Source: Clostridia bacterium (GTDB lineage Bacteria; Bacillota; Peptococcia; DRI-13; UBA5745). From it: DNA of 64,000 nt. This document shows positions 61,892-64,000 of the stretch, in pieces (the stretch's first letter is position 1; each line of letters begins with the position of its first letter). The position numbers and the translations under genes were made by a program. The DNA is taken from positions 47 through 64,046 of the forward strand of contig JAHDMJ010000023.1 of NCBI GenBank assembly GCA_018436095.1, given 5' to 3'. Below the pieces are notes generated by a model. That model searched no databases. It was not told where the DNA came from and saw only the letters and a list, made by a program, of their open reading frames with translations.

Positions 61892-62021
61892 ACTTTTATA
61901 TCTCCTCCTTTTGTATTATGCCGTGTATGCTCACGGCCGCTTGGTATTTATATCAGCCGGACCCAAAGCGTAAATGCCCCAAGGCCCGGCGAGATACCGG
62001 TGAAATTGAAATCCTTATTCT

Positions 62022-63221
62022 TCAGAACCCTTGATACATCGATAAAATTGGCAGATAAACCGCCAGCAGAATAAGGCCTACAATCAAGCCGAGAACCAGG
62101 GTGATGATCGGCTCCATCAAAGTGAGAGCCCGCTGGGTGGCTACCTGGGTTTCGTTTTCGTAGTATTCACCCACCACTTTCAGCACCTCCTCCAGGGTTC
62201 CCGTTTCCTCCCCCACCTGGATCATTTCCCGCAATAGCTCGGGAAAGGCCTCCGAAAGGCTCAGGCAACGGCTAAGGGTACTGCCGCTGTTCAGCCCCAT
62301 CAACTGCTGCTGCACGGTATCGCTGATCCAGGCATTGTCCAGCACCGTGGCCGCCACCGCCGCCGAACGCAGCATCGGCAAACCGGAGGCCAGCAGGGTG
62401 GTGAGGGAATTAGCAAACTGGGCCGCTCCATTCATGTAGGCGATTTTGCCCAAGACCGGTATGGCAAGCACCAAACGGCTATGCAGCAGCCTGCCCCGGG
62501 GCGTCCGCTTAAAATACCGGTAGCTCAGGAGGGCTGCCAAGGCAACTGCCGCCAAAAGTGGCCAAAAGCGTTCAAAAAAGCTGCTGATAGCAATGAGGGC
62601 CCGGGTAATCCCGGGGAGCTCTACGCCCATGGCGGCGAAATTGCCGGTAAAGGCCGGCACAGCCATCACCATGATGATGACGATAACCGCTGCCGCCACT
62701 GCCAAGGTAAAGGCTGGATAGATCATGGCGGACCGCACCTTGCTTTTCGTCTTGGCGGCCTTGTCATAATGGCGCTCCAGCCGCCGGAAAGCGGCAGGCA
62801 GGTTAGCCGACGCCTCCCCCGAGGCTACCGTCTCGATAAAGGTAGCCGGCAAGGCGGGCCCGCTGTCCCGCAGAGCCTGAGCCAGCGTAAAACCGCCGGC
62901 CACATCGGCAGCCGCCTGGCGCAGAATCTTTTGCAGAGCCTTATCCTCAGTCTGGCTGGCAATCAGCTCAATAGTCCGGATCATGGGCAAACCGGAAGAC
63001 AAAATGATTGAGAACTGGGAGCAGAGGACGGCCAGGGCTTTCTCCTGGATTTTGCCGGCGGGCCTTTTAATGTTCAGGACCTCCGGCACCTGGGAAAGCT
63101 TGATGACAACAGGATGGTTTTCCTTGATATTGCCTACGGCCTCTTGCTTTGATGCGGCCTGAACAGTGCCGCTGACCTGTTTACCGCCCTCGGTTAAGGC
63201 TTTATAACGAAAAGTTGGCAG
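62022..63221 (-). CDS. pilC: Type IV pilus platform protein (T2SS F family), CTG start
   Basis: GEASANL, AMIYP, VGEETGTL, LMEP; ORF extends in frame to CTG at 63221 behind SD GAGGTGA, giving (M)PTFRYKA. Confidence 0.9.
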   Translation of the reverse strand: MPTFRYKALTEGGKQVSGTVQAASKQEAVGNIKENHPVVIKLSQVPEVLNIKRPAGKIQEKALAVLCSQFSIILSSGLPMIRTIELIASQTEDKALQKILRQAAADVAGGFTLAQALRDSGPALPATFIETVASGEASANLPAAFRRLERHYDKAAKTKSKVRSAMIYPAFTLAVAAAVIVIIMVMAVPAFTGNFAAMGVELPGITRALIAISSFFERFWPLLAAVALAALLSYRYFKRTPRGRLLHSRLVLAIPVLGKIAYMNGAAQFANSLTTLLASGLPMLRSAAVAATVLDNAWISDTVQQQLMGLNSGSTLSRCLSLSEAFPELLREMIQVGEETGTLEEVLKVVGEYYENETQVATQRALTLMEPIITLVLGLIVGLILLAVYLPILSMYQGF

Positions 63222-63261
63222 GGTAGATCACCTCGGCTTTATTGAACAAGTTTGGTATTTC

Positions 63262-64000
63262 TCATAGTTCCCCGGCAACGAAAACCGTGCGCCGGGCCTC
63301 CTCCACCGTGGTAACGCCGGCCAGCACCAGCTCCCTGACCCGGTTAGCCATGGGAATAAAGCGGCCCTCGCGACGGATAATCTCCTCCATTTCCTCACGG
63401 TTGTAGCCGCCGCTGATGGCCAGGCGCAAAGCATGGCTGAGAATCAAAATCTCAAAGACGCCGGTGCGGCCAAGATAGCCGGTGCCGGCGCAAGCCGGGC
63501 AGCCGGTGCCCCGGTAGACTTGAGGCACTGCCTGTTGGTCCAGGCCCAGGCTTAGGAGCTCTTCGGGACCGGGTTTGCAGGCCATGCGGCAATCAGGGCA
63601 AATACGCCGCACCAGCCGCTGGGAAATGATACCGTTGAGGGCGCCGGCAATGATATAAGGCTCAACACCGATATCAACCAGGCGGTCCAGGGTGGCAAAG
63701 GCGTCGTTGGTATGGAGGGTGGAAAGCACCAGATGGCCGGTGATGGCAGCCCGCATGGCGATCTGGGCCGTTTCACTGTCCCGGATCTCGCCGACGGCGA
63801 TGATATCGGGGTCCTGGCGCAAAATCGAGCGCAACCCGCCGGCAAAGGTCAGACCGGTCTTCTCATTGATCTGCACCTGGCTGATGCCGCTGACATTGTA
63901 CTCAACAGGGTCCTCCAGCGTAACCAGGTTGATTTGCTGGCTGTTTAACTCATTAATCATGGTGTACATGGTAGAGGATTTACCGCTGCCGGTGGGGCCT
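63262..64000 (-). CDS. pilB: Type IV pilus assembly ATPase (5'-truncated by the window edge)
   Basis: [48 protein letters not shown]. Confidence 0.93.
   Translation of the reverse strand, partial: GPTGSGKSSTMYTMINELNSQQINLVTLEDPVEYNVSGISQVQINEKTGLTFAGGLRSILRQDPDIIAVGEIRDSETAQIAMRAAITGHLVLSTLHTNDAFATLDRLVDIGVEPYIIAGALNGIISQRLVRRICPDCRMACKPGPEELLSLGLDQQAVPQVYRGTGCPACAGTGYLGRTGVFEILILSHALRLAISGGYNREEMEEIIRREGRFIPMANRVRELVLAGVTTVEEARRTVFVAGEL

Noticed and set aside
61892-62021. c-di-GMP riboswitch upstream of the pilin gene
   Set aside because: Two or three hairpins are present, but neither class I nor class II consensus was recognisable; more likely mRNA-stabilising stems.

Overview
Chromosomal window from a spore-forming, motile Clostridia-like firmicute. 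It carries mgtA, an orphan DNA methyltransferase, a BclA-like collagen protein, two chemoreceptors and a MerR-controlled PLP-lyase/transporter unit. An AT-richer block holds a Kelch/MucBP-like protein and a glycosylation cluster with two radical SAM enzymes. Further on are a DUF1538/P-II operon, a catalase operon, an OYE-type flavin oxidoreductase, a two-component system next to a His-rich Nik/Opp-type ABC importer, a TPP-riboswitch thiamine salvage operon, a secreted M14 peptidase, a gerK-type germination operon and a type IV pilus cluster (pilB truncated by the window edge). The most unusual signals lie outside the annotated genes. (1) A dispersed family of ~20-24 bp motifs (TGnnCAAAATTGCAGnTTTGT-like) is arranged as converging arrays with mostly 40-42 or 61-62 bp spacing at four intergenic loci; one locus is a linker-separated multi-module array inside the pilus cluster. 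(2) An unannotated 36-aa leader peptide with a terminator/antiterminator lies upstream of mgtA, where no M-box riboswitch is visible. (3) A ~315-nt structured leader precedes the DUF1538/triple-P-II operon. All calls were made by eye without database searches.
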